NCBI RefSeq assembly: GCF_006345805.1
Contig: NC_043002.1
Coordinates: 98,766,001-98,830,000 of the forward strand
Origin: Octopus sinensis
Lineage: Eukaryota
Length of the DNA: 64,000 bases
Direction of reading: 5' to 3'
Numbering within the stretch: the first letter of the stretch is position 1; each line of letters starts with the position of its first letter. Below, piece by piece: positions 49,886 through 63,508 of the stretch. Below the pieces are notes generated by a model. It did not search any database and was not told where the DNA came from. It saw only the letters and a program-made list of their open reading frames with translations. The position numbers were made by a program, and so were the translations under genes.

Positions 49886-51850
49886 GGTCGATGGATTATG
49901 GCCTAAAGTGCCACAAATAAAGACACTAGCAACAGAATTACCGAATATGCAATTTATCTAAGACAGCATACATATTCTGCTCACTACATTCGATCCTTTA
50001 CTTTTAAATCATTATCCTGGTTCTCCAGTAAATCCCTAAAGATATTTGTTTCAGCGACAGGAGGTGGATAAGGAATAACTGTGATGACAACCAGCATAGA
50101 TTTTATTTAACCAACAGCATCTTCCGTTGCTTAAAAATGAATGTTGCAGATAACAGTTATATTAATCCCCCTGATGATTGTCAAGTTTGAAAAGCATAAA
50201 AAATCCCCATCCATATTTTCTCATAAAAGAGCGCTACACTTGTAAATAAACCACCGACTTCGTCGTCATAATCATCACCATTGCTTATCGTTCACGTATG
50301 TCAAAAGAAATCTGTTCCCAAAAGATGGCTGAAATATACAGCATTTAGAGAAACTATCTTTTCGATTTCATGAAAGAAGCTTTAATTAAATAAAAAACAA
50401 AACCAAAGAAAACAGTTTTTGATTAGGGTAGGCAAGACAGCAGTGATTTCTCATTCTATGGGTCATTATTGCATTGCTGGGTACTATATGGAAATATGTG
50501 ATGACGTATATTTGGAAATAAATAGATGGCTGTATACGGGTACTATTACTTAGAAATAACGCATAAAAAATACCTGCAGAACAGTTTTGTAATAAAACTA
50601 GAAGATATCAACAGCCTGCGTCGGAAATACCATCATCAAGTTTAAGATGTATAAGTTAATAGCGCCTCAGCTATATCCTATGGAAAAAGAGAGCATAAAA
50701 TGTCGAGATTCTGCGTTCCTAGCTCTCGAGGAAAAAATAATTACTTTAGTACATGCACTTAAGTTATTGAATAGAAAATTCTGTTATCGAAAAATACAAC
50801 ATTAACCACAAGTTTACTTCTAACTCAGGTGCTATGTCTATGAAAGACAACAAAATCTAAGGGCTATCTTTAATATTTTTGATCTGATATCTACAATGAA
50901 ACAGATTTCAGCAAGAATATGTCACGGTTGATTACAATCAGGAAGGAACACAACATTGAAAATTACACGATGCGTTCTAAATATTTCACTCATGACTTTC
51001 TATATGACTCCAGAATGGTAGACCTTCAATTATGACCTGGCGCAAAAACTCTATTGATACCAACTAAAGGCTATATAATACATAGATATATATTGTATGG
51101 CCTTTAACTTGAAGATAATACTTATACGGATTGGAAATGTAGCGCTCTTATAACCGTAATTGCTATATTGTCACATTTGAAAGGCCATGCTTCTACACTG
51201 CAAGAACAAGATTTGACTTTAAACACTTATTGAAGAAAAGACAGGATTAAATCCTCAACCTCAACGCGCAACAAAAACATGCCGATTATCTGTGGAAGAT
51301 AACCAGAGAAGTTGAGCTAATACACCGTTAAAATATGTAATGCAATCCATAGAAAACACTGCAATAAAAGAATAAAATAAAACAGTATTTCTGGTGTTAA
51401 GTCCTCTTATAAGTTTCAAGAAAAAGAATATTAGTGAAGCATTCACAACGAAGTATGAAACCAAATTCACAATTCACAGGCGTGATATCAGTATTTGGAA
51501 TAGAAAAGAATACGAAACAAGTTCCTATGGATGATAATATCCAGATGTCCAGCGGGTGTGAGCATTTCACACAAAATTTGTAAGAAACAGAATATTTATG
51601 AATAGCGGTTGCAAAACCCACAACTTCTCTACTTAAATTATAAGTGACATTTGTATTCATAATTATTGGTCTATTTGGTTGGTATATTACAAAATGTCCA
51701 AGTAATCTACAACAGCTAGGAGTTTTCAATAAAAGAAAGGGACCAGCTGTCATGCAATTTTCGCATACATTAGCATATACACATACAGATTTACATATTA
51801 GCACAACCTCATTTGCATATCTTCACCTACTCCCGTACACTCACCTTACC

Positions 51851-51887
<37 letters not shown>

Positions 51888-51989
51888 TTATTACACCAAT
51901 AAAATACATTCTAATGAAACGCACACTTGTGACATACACATTTCTATTGTATGATTACAAGTGTAAATACGCATATGAAAATCATACGT

Positions 51990-52099
51990 CTGCCCGAGGC
52001 TATAGTAGAAGTCACTTGCCCAAGGTACCACGTAGTGGGACTGAACCCGGAAGCATGTGGTTGGTAAGCAAGCCACTTACCACACAGCCAATCCTACGC
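51990..52099 (-). mobile_element. SINE family A 5' fragment
   Basis: Reverse complement of the family A head. Confidence 0.85.
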
Positions 52100-52712
52100 T
52101 TAATAATTTTTCAGTCAACCTCTCATTCCTCAAATGTGATTGTTGTTTAGTCTCATATACGATCTGCCGAGCATACTTATTATTATAGTTTTTCAAGTCG
52201 CATCGATCGAGTATTTTTTGTTTTATATGAAGGACTATAAGGCGGCGAATAGTCAGAATCCTTACAGCGCCGGACAAGAAATCACGAGCTATTTGTTCAG
52301 AGATTCTACTCCCTGAGTTGAAGTCCCACTGATGTCAACTTCACCTTTCATCTATTCGAGATCGATAAAAATGTGACATTCAAGAGCAGTGAAAGTGCAA
52401 AACTCTTAGAAAGTCGGTTAAGATACCTTGCGCTGTCTGCTTCCGCTCTTCGCGTTTTGAAAGTAATGCTCGTGGAAAGATTGGAACGACGCTGTATCGG
52501 TCTAATTCGGTAGCCATCCTTTTGGATAAACATCAGTGCTGTGGAGACGGGTGGTCTGCATGTATAGGCAACTGCCAATCTTTGTAAAAATACCGTACCC
52601 AAGTCAGTACACACATGTGGCTAACCTTCACCGACGGAGGCACTGAAAAAGAATTGATTTGAGGGAGAGATTCGGTTCGTTGGCTAATAAACTTGTATAT
52701 ATTTGTGCAAGA

Positions 52713-53110
52713 TGGCGAGCTGGCAGAAACGTTAGCACACCGGACGAAATGCGTAGCTGTATTTCGTCTGTCGTTACGTTCCAAGTTCAAATTCCTTTGC
52801 CTTTCATCCTTTCGGGGTCGATAAATTAAGTACCAGTTACGCACTGGGGTCGATATAATCGACTTAATACGTTGTCTGTCCTTGTTTGTCCTCTCTGTGT
52901 TTAGCCCTTTGTGGGTAGTAAAGAAATAGGTATTTCGTCTGCCGTTACGTTCTGAGTTCAAGTTCCGCCGAGGTCGACTTTGCCTTTTATCCTTTCGGGG
53001 TCGATAAATTAAGTACCAGTTACGCACTGGGGTCGATATAATCGACTTAATCCGTTTGTCTGTCCTTGTTTTTCCCCTCTGTGTGTAGCCCCTTGTGGGT
53101 AGTAAAGAAA
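52713..53110 (+). mobile_element. SINE family B head-to-tail dimer with 17-bp TSD
   Basis: Units 52713-52928 and 52929-53110; TSD tatatatttgtgcaaga at 52696-52712 and 53111-53127. Confidence 0.93.
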
Positions 53111-53567
53111 TATATATTTGTGCAAGACATAAATATGCAATCTCATATGACAAAACATAGACTGGTCAAATATAAAAACCGCAGAACGATAATAAAACCA
53201 TTGTAATATTGCTGCAGCAATTAAGGAGAGTGTTGGCATTAATGGCCACCTTGAATTTACATTGTAATTTTATTTTGCTGTTGTAACACATTTGTGATAA
53301 TAATAGACGATGGGGAATTATCATGTGGGTCTGAAAATATCACGAATTAATACAAGATTTAGGTATTAATTGAGCTGGGTGAATGATCGAGGAACTTGCT
53401 TAACAAACCAAGTTAGAAGGAGAACACCTATGACGTTCAAAAGGAAATAAATGGGAATGTTCGATTACGGTTTTAGCATACTTTAGAAATATTCAATCAT
53501 TTATACTTTAGACGCTCTCTATACTAACATACACAGGCATATGCACACACACACACACACGCACGCA

Positions 53568-53600
<33 letters not shown>

Positions 53601-53904
53601 GCACAAATATATACTGACATGCGGTATCAAACACACACACACACACACATCTTAAACTAGTATAACCTGTTGAAGAGTGTTACAAAAATTAAATACATTT
53701 AACACTTTTAAATAAACATTATTTAAAATGAAAACGATGAGCGGTTTTTCCTTTCTCCGTTCCTCACTCCTCTACATGTATGTATGTATGTATGTATGTA
53801 TGTATGTATGTATGTATGTATGTATGTATGTATGTATTTATGTCTGTCTGTCTGTATGTATGTATGTATTTATGTATGTCTGTATGTATGTATGTTTGTA
53901 TGTA

Positions 53905-54438
53905 TGGGAAGGCATAGCTATTGATCGTAGCAGGTGGAGAAGGATTGTGCATGAGGGGACAGCCACGTTTGAGAAATCTCGAGTTGCACATGAGAAAGTA
54001 AGGAGGGATGTCAGGAAGGGCATCGCTGTTACACTTCCAGAAGGGAAGGGTCTTCCTTTGATTCTGACATGCAATGTCAGTGCAAGACCCTGCCCCAGTA
54101 AAGCTGGACTCATGAGTCATATTCGTAGTCATAAAACGAGACAGATGAGTGACAACCTGGCCACTGGTGGTGGTGTAACACACCATACTAATCATATCTG
54201 TCGGGCATGTGGAAGAGAGTGTAATTCGGCAGGAGGACTTAAACGACATGCAAAGGTACATGAAGCCCAGTTACAAATACAGCCGGCTATTACCGGTAAA
54301 GGTTTTAGTTGCCAATTCTGTACAAGACATTGTAGATCTTTAGCTGGGCTAAAAAGTCACATTCGATCACAGCACCAATAAAATAACAGTTAAGCTTCGT
54401 GCAATGGCCATACTTGTTAACGAGGGGGCAGCCATAAT
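53905..54438 (+). mobile_element. RTE LINE 3' end with three C2H2 zinc fingers, embedded in (TATG)n
   Basis: WEGIAIDRSRWRRIVHEGTATFEKSR...KVRR (RTE C-terminal pattern), then CNVSARPCPSKAGLMSHIRSH, CRACGRECNSAGGLKRHAKVH and CQFCTRHCRSLAGLKSHIRSQH*. A short 3' UTR follows. (TATG)n at 53775-53904 and 54439-54565. Confidence 0.8.
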
Positions 54439-54589
54439 TGTATGTATGTATGTATGTATGTATGTATGTATGTATGTATATATGTATGTATGTATGTATG
54501 CATGTATGTATGTATGTATGTATGTATTATGTATGTATGTATGTATGTATGTATGTATGTATGTATATATATATATATATTATATATAT

Positions 54590-54639
<50 letters not shown>

Positions 54640-54645
54640 CATAGG

Positions 54646-54808
54646 TGCAGGCGTGGCTGTGTAGTAAGCAACTTGATTCCCAACCACATGATTCTGGGTT
54701 CAGTCCCACTGCGTGTCACCTTGGGTAAGTGTTTTCTACTATAGTCTCGGGCCGCTCACATCATTGTGAGTGAATTTGGTAGATGGAAACTGAAAGAAGC
54801 TCTTCGTA
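54646..54808 (+). mobile_element. SINE family A 5' half
   Basis: A/B boxes and central block. Confidence 0.88.
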
Positions 54809-55296
54809 CACACACAAGCACATGTGTGTGTGTGTATGTGGGCCTGTGTGCGTATCTGTGTATGTATCGATATGGATTTTAAACTCTTTCAAAGTTGTAC
54901 TTTGTCTAGCAAGTCACTTTATCTTTGGCCGTGTGTTAACACACTGAAGCAATTATATCGTGGACAAATCAATTATAACCATTTACTAATAAACAACTCT
55001 GCTCAGTTACCGTTTAAGCTACTTCATGAAGGGTTAACATTTTCACAGCACAATCTGGTCACTGACGCAGTTTTTCACTGCAACTCTTTTACTCTTTTAC
55101 TCTTTTACTTGTTTCAGTCATTTGACTGCGGCCATGCTGGAGCACCGCCTTTAGTCGAGCAAATCGACCCTGGGACTTATTCTTTGTAAGCCCAGTACTT
55201 ACTCTATCGGTCTCTTTTGCCGAACCGCTAGGTGACGGGGACGTAAACACACCAGCATCGGTTGTCAAGCAATGCTAGGGGACAAACACAGACACA

Positions 55297-55366
<70 letters not shown>

Positions 55367-56146
55367 CATATATACGACAGGCTTCTTTCAGTTTCCGTCT
55401 ACCAAATCCACTCACAAGGCATTGGTCGGCCCGGGGCTATAGCAGAAGACACTTGCCCAAGATACCACGCAGTGGGACTGAACCCAGAACCATGTGGTTG
55501 GTTAGCAAGCTACTTACCACACAGCCATTCCTGCGCCTATTTAAAAGTTTGTTACTAGCAAGGTTCATAGATCTCAGTTTTCTCTTGTTTCCTTCGTTAC
55601 TTGCTGAAACTAGAGGAAACTGGCTTATTGTTTACATGTAGATCGACTTCGACCTTGTAATATCAGTCATTTTTCGGTTATCATTCGTCACATTCATTTT
55701 TACCATTTTGTTTTGCACCAGAATTCTGGTGATGGGACGAAAGTTTTAAACTTTCTGATATCTTCTTTGCATCATTTTCCTCAGTTTTTGGAAGGTCCCT
55801 TAAGTCTTGGTTAATGCTAAAAAAACCCCAAAAAAACTAGGACTACATTATTTAATGTCTCCTTTCGCCTTTTAGGAAAGTAGAACGGATGTGATCTGAG
55901 AGAGAATTGGCTGCTATTTCAAGCAAGATTTTTGACCACACAGAGGCTTCTTCGTTGCCTCAACGTACAACTTTGAAAGAGTTTAAAATCCATATCGATA
56001 CATACACAGATACGCACACAGGCCCACATACACACACACACATGTGCTTGTGTGTGTACGAAGAGCTTCTTTCAGTTTCCATCTACCAAATTCACTCACA
56101 ATGATGTGAGCGGCCCGAGACTATAGTAGAAAACACTTACCCAAGG
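54719..56146. repeat. Perfect 182-bp inverted duplication (54719-54900 / 55965-56146)
   Basis: Base-by-base reverse-complement identity, including about 90 bp of non-SINE flank. Confidence 0.93.
55084..55538 (-). mobile_element. SINE family A, full length
   Basis: Head, internal (CA)n and (ttttactc)n tail. Confidence 0.95.
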
Positions 56147-56259
56147 ATTAAGAAATTTTTGATAATGGACACACAATAGCATAGGTGTAATAGGATAGCA
56201 TGGATGGTATCAAAAAGTTATCGGACTAGCTATGTTTAATAAGAACTGACTTATTTACC

Positions 56260-57858
56260 TAAGTTTCAACATTATATTCGAAATAGTCACCTTCCGCTGC
56301 AATACACCTGTCCCAGCGTACCTGCTACTTTTGGAATCCGGTCTGGAAGTCGTTTTCCGTAAGCGAGTCGAGGACCTTCTGCGATTCGCTCTTAGTCTCG
56401 ATAACGGTGACTTTCGAGCTGAATTTTCATCTTGGGAAAGAGATGGAAGTCCGCAATCTGGCGAATAGAGCAGGTGCAGAAGCGGTACCATGTTGTTTTT
56501 GGCGAGAAGCTCAGGAGTGAAGAGAGCTTGGTGACAGCGTGCACTGTCGTGGTGAAGAATCCAATCCCTTACGCTTCACAGAATATCCTCCCTCAAGCAC
56601 TTAAAACACCGCAGTAGAATTCTTGGTAGACGGTTTGGCATTGGGAGACGAGTTCTTGATGCACAATACCGCGGATACTTTACTCTTTACTCTTTCACTC
56701 TTTTACTTGTTTCTGTCATTTGACTGCGGTCATGCTGGAGCACCGCCTTTAGTCGAACAAATAGACCCCAGGACTTATCCTTTGTTAGTCTAGTACTTAT
56801 TCTATCGGTATCTTTTGCCGAACCGCTAAGTTACGGGGACGTAAACACACCATCATCAGTTGTCAAGCGATGTTGGGGGGACAAACACAGACACACATAT
56901 ATATATACAACATGCTTCTTTCAGTTTCCGTCAACCAAATCCACTCACAATGCTTTGGTCGGTCTGTGGCTATAGTAGAAGACACTTACCGAAGGTGCCA
57001 CGCAGTGGGACTGAACCCGGAAGCATGTGGTTGGTAAGAAATCTACTTACCACATAACCACTCCTGCACCTATAAATGTTGGCTATAAAATAAAAAAACG
57101 ATGAGCATGCTCTTGATTGAGCTGCAGTTTTGTCGTATCTGCTTCGGTTGTAATGGCTTCAGCTTCGTCTCAGGGTCGTACCTGTTGACCCAAATCTTGT
57201 CACCAATCATCCTCAACCTGAAAGATGAGTCATTAACGACACGCTGTCGGAGATCTTGACAAACTTCGACGCAATGTTATTTATGATCAGTGGTCAGCAG
57301 ACGGGGAACAAACTTGACAAAGACAAGCCGCATATTCAATTCTGGCGTTAGGATTGCATTTACGGACCTGACAGGCTAACAACAATAGCCATGTTGTTTA
57401 TTGTCCCATGATGATTCTCATACACAAACTGATGAATTTTCTCCTCGTTTCCGGGGGTGTCGCTCGTGACAGGTCTTCCAGATAACTCACCGTCTTCTAG
57501 GGACTTTCTCCCGCTTTTGAAGCACTCGTGCCACTCGAAACATTATGTACGACCCATTGCTTCGACGCCGTAAGCTTTCCGAAGCATGCTCAATGCCTCT
57601 CTCTAGCAGACCTCCGAAGTTTAACACAAAATTTCACGTGGGCCTTTTTTGTTTCAACTTCCTGTCCATGACAAAATTGCAGACTACAACATACACAAGA
57701 TCACAAAAATACAAATTTCACAACTTGCGAAGTAAATACAGCGATGTCACTGGGCACATTGCTTCATGAAGGTCACTCCCATTGCGCACACAACCGTGTG
57801 CTGCCATCCGTTGGCACGCTACAGAGATAATCCGGGAACTCTTTGATAACACCTCATT
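56260..57858 (-). mobile_element. Degraded mariner transposon interrupted by a SINE
   Basis: Minus-strand motifs KFVPRLLT, GDKIWVNRYDPETK, MLIVFF..RGIVHQE, WILHHDSA, LYSPD, RWDRCIAAEGDYFE; TIR-like ccgggaactctttgataacacctca at about 57832-57856. Confidence 0.88.
56679..57071 (-). mobile_element. SINE family A nested in the mariner
   Basis: Splits the MLIVFF|DIRGIVHQE coding segment. Confidence 0.92.
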
Positions 57859-58372
57859 TATGTAGGATAAAAACCGGGCAGAGAGCCTTATCGAACTGGA
57901 TCCCTGTACTGTTGTTTTGTAAACGAGAAAGAATCTATATAGTTACTTAAACTGTCAAAAATAGCAGTGGAATCATTCTCAAATCACACCATAGTGTCCC
58001 AAGAACGTACAACACGTTGGAAAAATAGTGACAGATACACTGAATAAAATATACAAAAAGGCCATCGCTGAAGCGCTTTTGATCATAAGTCTAATCATTC
58101 ATTGCTGACTTGGGGACAGATGTTAATTTTCTTCAATTAAAAATATCACTTGACTACAAAAAGCTGAAATTTGCATTTCAACGAAGGAGAACATTGCAAA
58201 CCATTTTCGCATTTATCTTTACCCTCCTTCAAGAGTTCATTTTTAATTGATGACAGATGATCGATAGCTTTTAAAACACTAATGGAAGGTCGAGACTGAC
58301 AAAAATAATTTAATCACTTACCGAAGAACTTGTAGAAATATGTGTAAGAATTAATCTTGCCCCTGTCTCTCT

Positions 58373-58374
<2 letters not shown>

Positions 58375-58445
<71 letters not shown>

Positions 58446-58562
58446 TAGATATATAAATATATATACATATTCATATACATATGCATATATATATATAATA
58501 TATATATATATACATATATAGATATATTCATATATATATGTACATACATTATATATATAATG

Positions 58563-58596
<34 letters not shown>

Positions 58597-58904
58597 AATA
58601 CACATTATATACATATATGCATACGTACTCACACACACACACATATACATATACGTTTATTGTACAAAATACAAAATGATCAAGATAGGAGCTGATCTCT
58701 AAATACGCATGCGCCCATACATATGCACAAACACGTACGCGTGCACACATACTGAGACACACACACACTTACATACACGTACTCTCACACACACATCCGT
58801 ATATAAGTATATATGAATGAATGTATGTATGATTGTGTAAATCTACCCATTCATCTATATAAACAGCTATCCATAATACATATATACATACATACATACA
58901 TACA

Positions 58905-58940
<36 letters not shown>

Positions 58941-58982
58941 TATATACATATACACACACACACACACACACACGCATGCACG

Positions 58983-59022
<40 letters not shown>

Positions 59023-59675
59023 AACATACCAATCTATCCATTCCTGCCTTCCCTGATTGCCTAGCTATTTTTCCTCTCTCTCTCTACATTTATATCTGTG
59101 TCTTTGTATTTTTAATCACGCATCCACATACATCCATGCATACATACATACATAAATACATACATACATACATACAAACATATGTTCACAGTCTTGTTTT
59201 ACTTACTCTATCTCACCCTAGTGTTAAGTACCTCCACGTGTCACTGTTCACCCACGCACATATATATACATACACATATTATTGAAGGAAAATATTAGAT
59301 TGCTTACCACCCCAAAATAGCTGACACTCTTTTTCTTGTCAAATACTTATGAAATTTCCCCAAGGAAATTCACTTATAATATCGTGAATCTCTAAATGAA
59401 TTTTGGCGATACTAATCAACTGATTTTAATTTTTTCTTTTATATTTCCCGTCCGTCTTCCTACTTATTTTCTTTCGCTTTTTTCCTCCTTCTCTTTTTTC
59501 TCATATACATATACATATGCATACATACATATATACATACATTCATACATACATACATACATACATATATATATATTTATATATATATAATATTTATAAA
59601 TATATATATATGTATGTATATATATGTATATATATGTATGTATATCTATATATCTATATGTATATATATGTATAT

Positions 59676-59744
<69 letters not shown>

Positions 59745-59837
59745 AGAGGAATGGAAGAAAAATTCAAAGAAAAGATATATATGTTTACGTATACACATGC
59801 ATACATACATACATACATACATACATACATACATACA

Positions 59838-59870
<33 letters not shown>

Positions 59871-59940
59871 CCATACGTGTGTGTTTGTGCGAATGTGTCA
59901 GTGCGTGCGTGTATGCGTGTATATGTGTGTGTGTGTGTGT
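58375..59940. repeat. Cluster of (TA)n, (CATA)n and (CA)n microsatellites
   Basis: Direct reading. Confidence 0.9.
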
Positions 59941-61172
59941 GTAAATATTAGCTTTAAAAGGTGCAAAAATATTAAGATAGAGAGGCATTACGTTGATTGT
60001 AGAGTGCGTGTCTTTAATAAATACACGTACCAAGCATCCTTGTGAAAAATAGATTCCGTGTTTAAACCACGCGATTTTTTTTATGCCCAGGAAAAGGAGA
60101 TTGATGCGAGTAGTTTCGGTTATTATTATTGCTTCATCAGAGAGTAATCGGCTTCTATTCTCCCTACTGAAAGCAAAAAATAGGTTATATTCTATCTACC
60201 GTATGTAAAAGTGTATGAATAATTTGTATATAAAATAGCGCTTTAAATGAAATATTCTAACGCTGCACTGTTCTTACTACAGTTAATGACAAATAAAGTT
60301 TTCCTTGTCAACGATTGCACTTTAATGCGTGCTAGACGATTCAATTTATCTAATTCTGCAAGAGGTTGTTGTTTAATACAACTAGCTATTGTGGTCAGAA
60401 AGAAGAATAAACGGTTGTTGATGAAGCAGTAATGAATTTTGGAACTAGCAAGAACAATCTAATTTTTCTGGTTATAGTGCAAAAAAAATCATGTTTTAAC
60501 CACAGTGTATATTTTCATAGAGAGGCTCAAAATGGGTTGCTAAAACCACATATTCGTAATTTTACCTCCTCTCTGTACTCATACAAATAATAGATATGCA
60601 AGCACGCACACATATGTATATATGCATGTATATGTATTATACGTAATACATACGCATATATTTATATTTGTGTTTGTGCGTGCGTGTATGTATATGTATA
60701 CAGAAGAACTACTGACAAGATGTAAGGAATATATTTATATGAAAAATATTGTGTATATGATCAAAGTAAGTCTTGTCTGTGCAGCTGTTTCAAATGATCA
60801 GTGAATAGTTGATATGATAATGAAAATTATGTAGACAGGTATAAAACTTACAAACATATAAGCAAAGATAGCATCAACTAGCATGTATCTTGATGGCTGC
60901 GTAGCATCTGTGGCAAGTTCATGACATTTTCTTCAGACGACTAACGGCAAATGTATCATAATAAGTAGTGTTTATACAAACATTAGGGTTGATAAGTTAG
61001 AGATAAGGAAGCAATAGAGAGGTGTAATGAGAGATACAGAAGTAGGTAGAGAAGATGGAAAAGAAAACGTGAAGATAAGTGGAGTAAATATTTTAGTAAA
61101 GTGAAAGGAATCGTAGCCAGGGGCATGGTTAGAGATGGAGAGAAGGAAATAAGGTGACAATAATGATAGTGG

Positions 61173-61188
61173 CGATAGATAGATAGAC

Positions 61189-61227
<39 letters not shown>

Positions 61228-61288
61228 CTGATAGATAGATAGACAGATAGATAGATAGATAGATAGATAGACAGATAAATAGATAGAC

Positions 61289-61339
<51 letters not shown>

Positions 61340-61365
61340 GAGTTAGATAGATTGATAGAGAGAGC

Positions 61366-61399
<34 letters not shown>

Positions 61400-61405
61400 G
61401 AGAGT
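61173..61405. repeat. (GATA)n/(GA)n microsatellite
   Basis: Direct reading. Confidence 0.97.
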
Positions 61406-61650
61406 AAAAGAAACAGAGTAAAAGAATGGGAAGAAAAGAAAAGATAGAAATAATGTGAAGGTCAGTAAGATATTGTAAGATGTCTGCGACCAGCTGCACA
61501 TAAGATATATAAAACGAAATAATGAGAAATCTGGGAGTTGATAAAAGGAAATACATCAATCATACTGAATGTGAGGAATGGAAATAAAACTAAATATTTT
61601 ATCAAAGTGGAGAGATAAGCAGCGTGAACTTGTAGCAGCTGCGTCTAATA

Positions 61651-62640
61651 TACAAGGTTCGATTGAAAAGTTCATAAGTTGACCAAGATAGTTTTAAGGA
61701 ATATGACCAAATTTTTAAACGTAGTCCCCCTTGCGGTCCCAGTCTTGCAGTTCTTGGATCGCATTGGTGAAGAAGCTTTCATATTGTTGGTCAAAAATAG
61801 TCATCAACAGTAGATATGATGTCATCATCACTGCAATAATGGTTCCCAGTTAATTGTTGTTATATGTTGGGGAACAGACAGAGGATCGTCAAATGGACCC
61901 AAATCAGGAAAATAGGGACAGTGATCAACCAGTTTAAATCCATAGTCATGCACAGCAGTCATTGAAACCAAGAATTTGTGTGCAAGAGCATTGTACTGAT
62001 GATAGAAGACCCCTTTCGTCAGTTTTCCAGGGTGTTTGATCATGATAGCCCCCTCCTAACTGCCTCAGCAAGGGGGCATGTTACTCTCCATTGAAGGTGA
62101 GGCCCCTTTGAAGATAGTTAATAAACACAATACCTTTTACATAAAAATACTGAGGTCATCATCTTCACTGTAGATGAAACGACATTGGACTTCTTTGAAG
62201 CAGGTGAGAAGGGGTGCTTCCACTGCATAGACTGTCTCTTTGTCTTTGGTTTAAAGGGATGAAGCCAACACCCATCATGGGTTAGGAAGATTCAAGAAAC
62301 CAGCTGGATCTGCCTCAAACAATGTTAGATTCTCTCGTGGTGTTAGAAGTTCTGGCAACGACTGATTAGAAACTTTCGTCGGGCCAGGTTCCATTGTGCA
62401 GAATATTCTCAACTCTCTCACAAGATATACTAATAGTATTTACTATTTGATTAATAGTAAATTGCCTGACATCCATCACAATGTGGTGAATAATCAATGT
62501 TTTCTTCGGTGGTGACAGTTGCAGGACCACTAGACCTTGGGTCATCTTCAAGATTCTTTCTTCTCCTCCTAAATTCAGGTGCCTACTGTTGTACTGCCGA
62601 TAAAGCTGGAACGGCATTGCCTAATGTAGAAACCACGTCA
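61651..62640 (-). mobile_element. Heavily degraded mariner
   Basis: TA|caaggttcgattgaaaagttcata TIR-like end; HQYNALAH (HQDNAPAH) and DHCPYFPDLGPFD (YSPDLAPSD) motifs. Confidence 0.75.
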
Positions 62641-63508
62641 GCATGAATGTCATTGGGGACTAAACCCTTTTTCTGCGCGGGTACTTGAAAACATCACGAT
62701 GCCAAATTTTGTCAATTTTCAAGAGGATTCGTTACTATTTACTTTTGAAATCATCTTTGACCAGTTAGATGACAGTTTACCAGATAAAACACACACACAC
62801 ACACATACACACACACAAACATACAAACACACAAACACACAAACAATGGAGTTATAAATAAGAAGAAGTACTGGAATTAATACCTGCAAGATTTCACAGC
62901 TCTAACATCATTCCTTCATAAACAACTATGTGCTTTTCAGCTTACCTTCACATGCTATAAAAAAGAAAAGGCTGTTTAGCTGGAGGTGCAATATTAGTTA
63001 CGAAGACCTATCACGAGAGACATTCTACCCATAATGATTCAGTTTATTTAAAGTTATCTAAGACAACAAGTCATTTCTCTTTATAAGTCATCTGGGAGTT
63101 AATTTGTAAGAATTTGGCTATCGTAAAATTCTCAAGTTGGCTTCAATAATTATTGTTTAACTTTGAGTCCTAATGGAGTAACTACGACAGCGCTTAGCCG
63201 CTAGAGATAGTAACGATTTTGTCCTTACACTAACGTATTAAGGAAAAGAAAGGACCCCCTTGTAATACAACCCGGTCCTGCAAGCTAGAAAGTATCTCAT
63301 CATCGCCGCCAAAGCAGGTATCATTTTCTACTCCATTTATATATGTTGTCTGGCCACCACATTATAATTTTGAAATGTCTATAAAACCGTCAAAAGCTTG
63401 TTTATTTTTATGTTTTTTGATCTATTATTAGTGTTGTTTAATATGTTTTGCTAAAATTGCTGTTTCTTTTCAGATATCATCAGAAAAAGGTAATTAAAGC
63501 TCACCAAA

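Noticed and set aside
51397-52150. Overlapping 135-aa and 168-aa ORFs
   Set aside because: TTG/ATG starts in AT-rich DNA that run through CT/CA repeats and a SINE fragment; no domain or splice support.
53728-54381. 217-aa ORF as a host C2H2 zinc-finger gene
   Set aside because: The N-terminal part is (TATG)n; the rest begins abruptly with an RTE C-terminal motif and has a LINE-like 3' end, with no splice acceptor or TGEKP linkers.
63463-63496. ttttcag...aag|gtaatt 16-nt microexon
   Set aside because: It lies in the 5' region of the Tc1 element; there is no evidence of host use.
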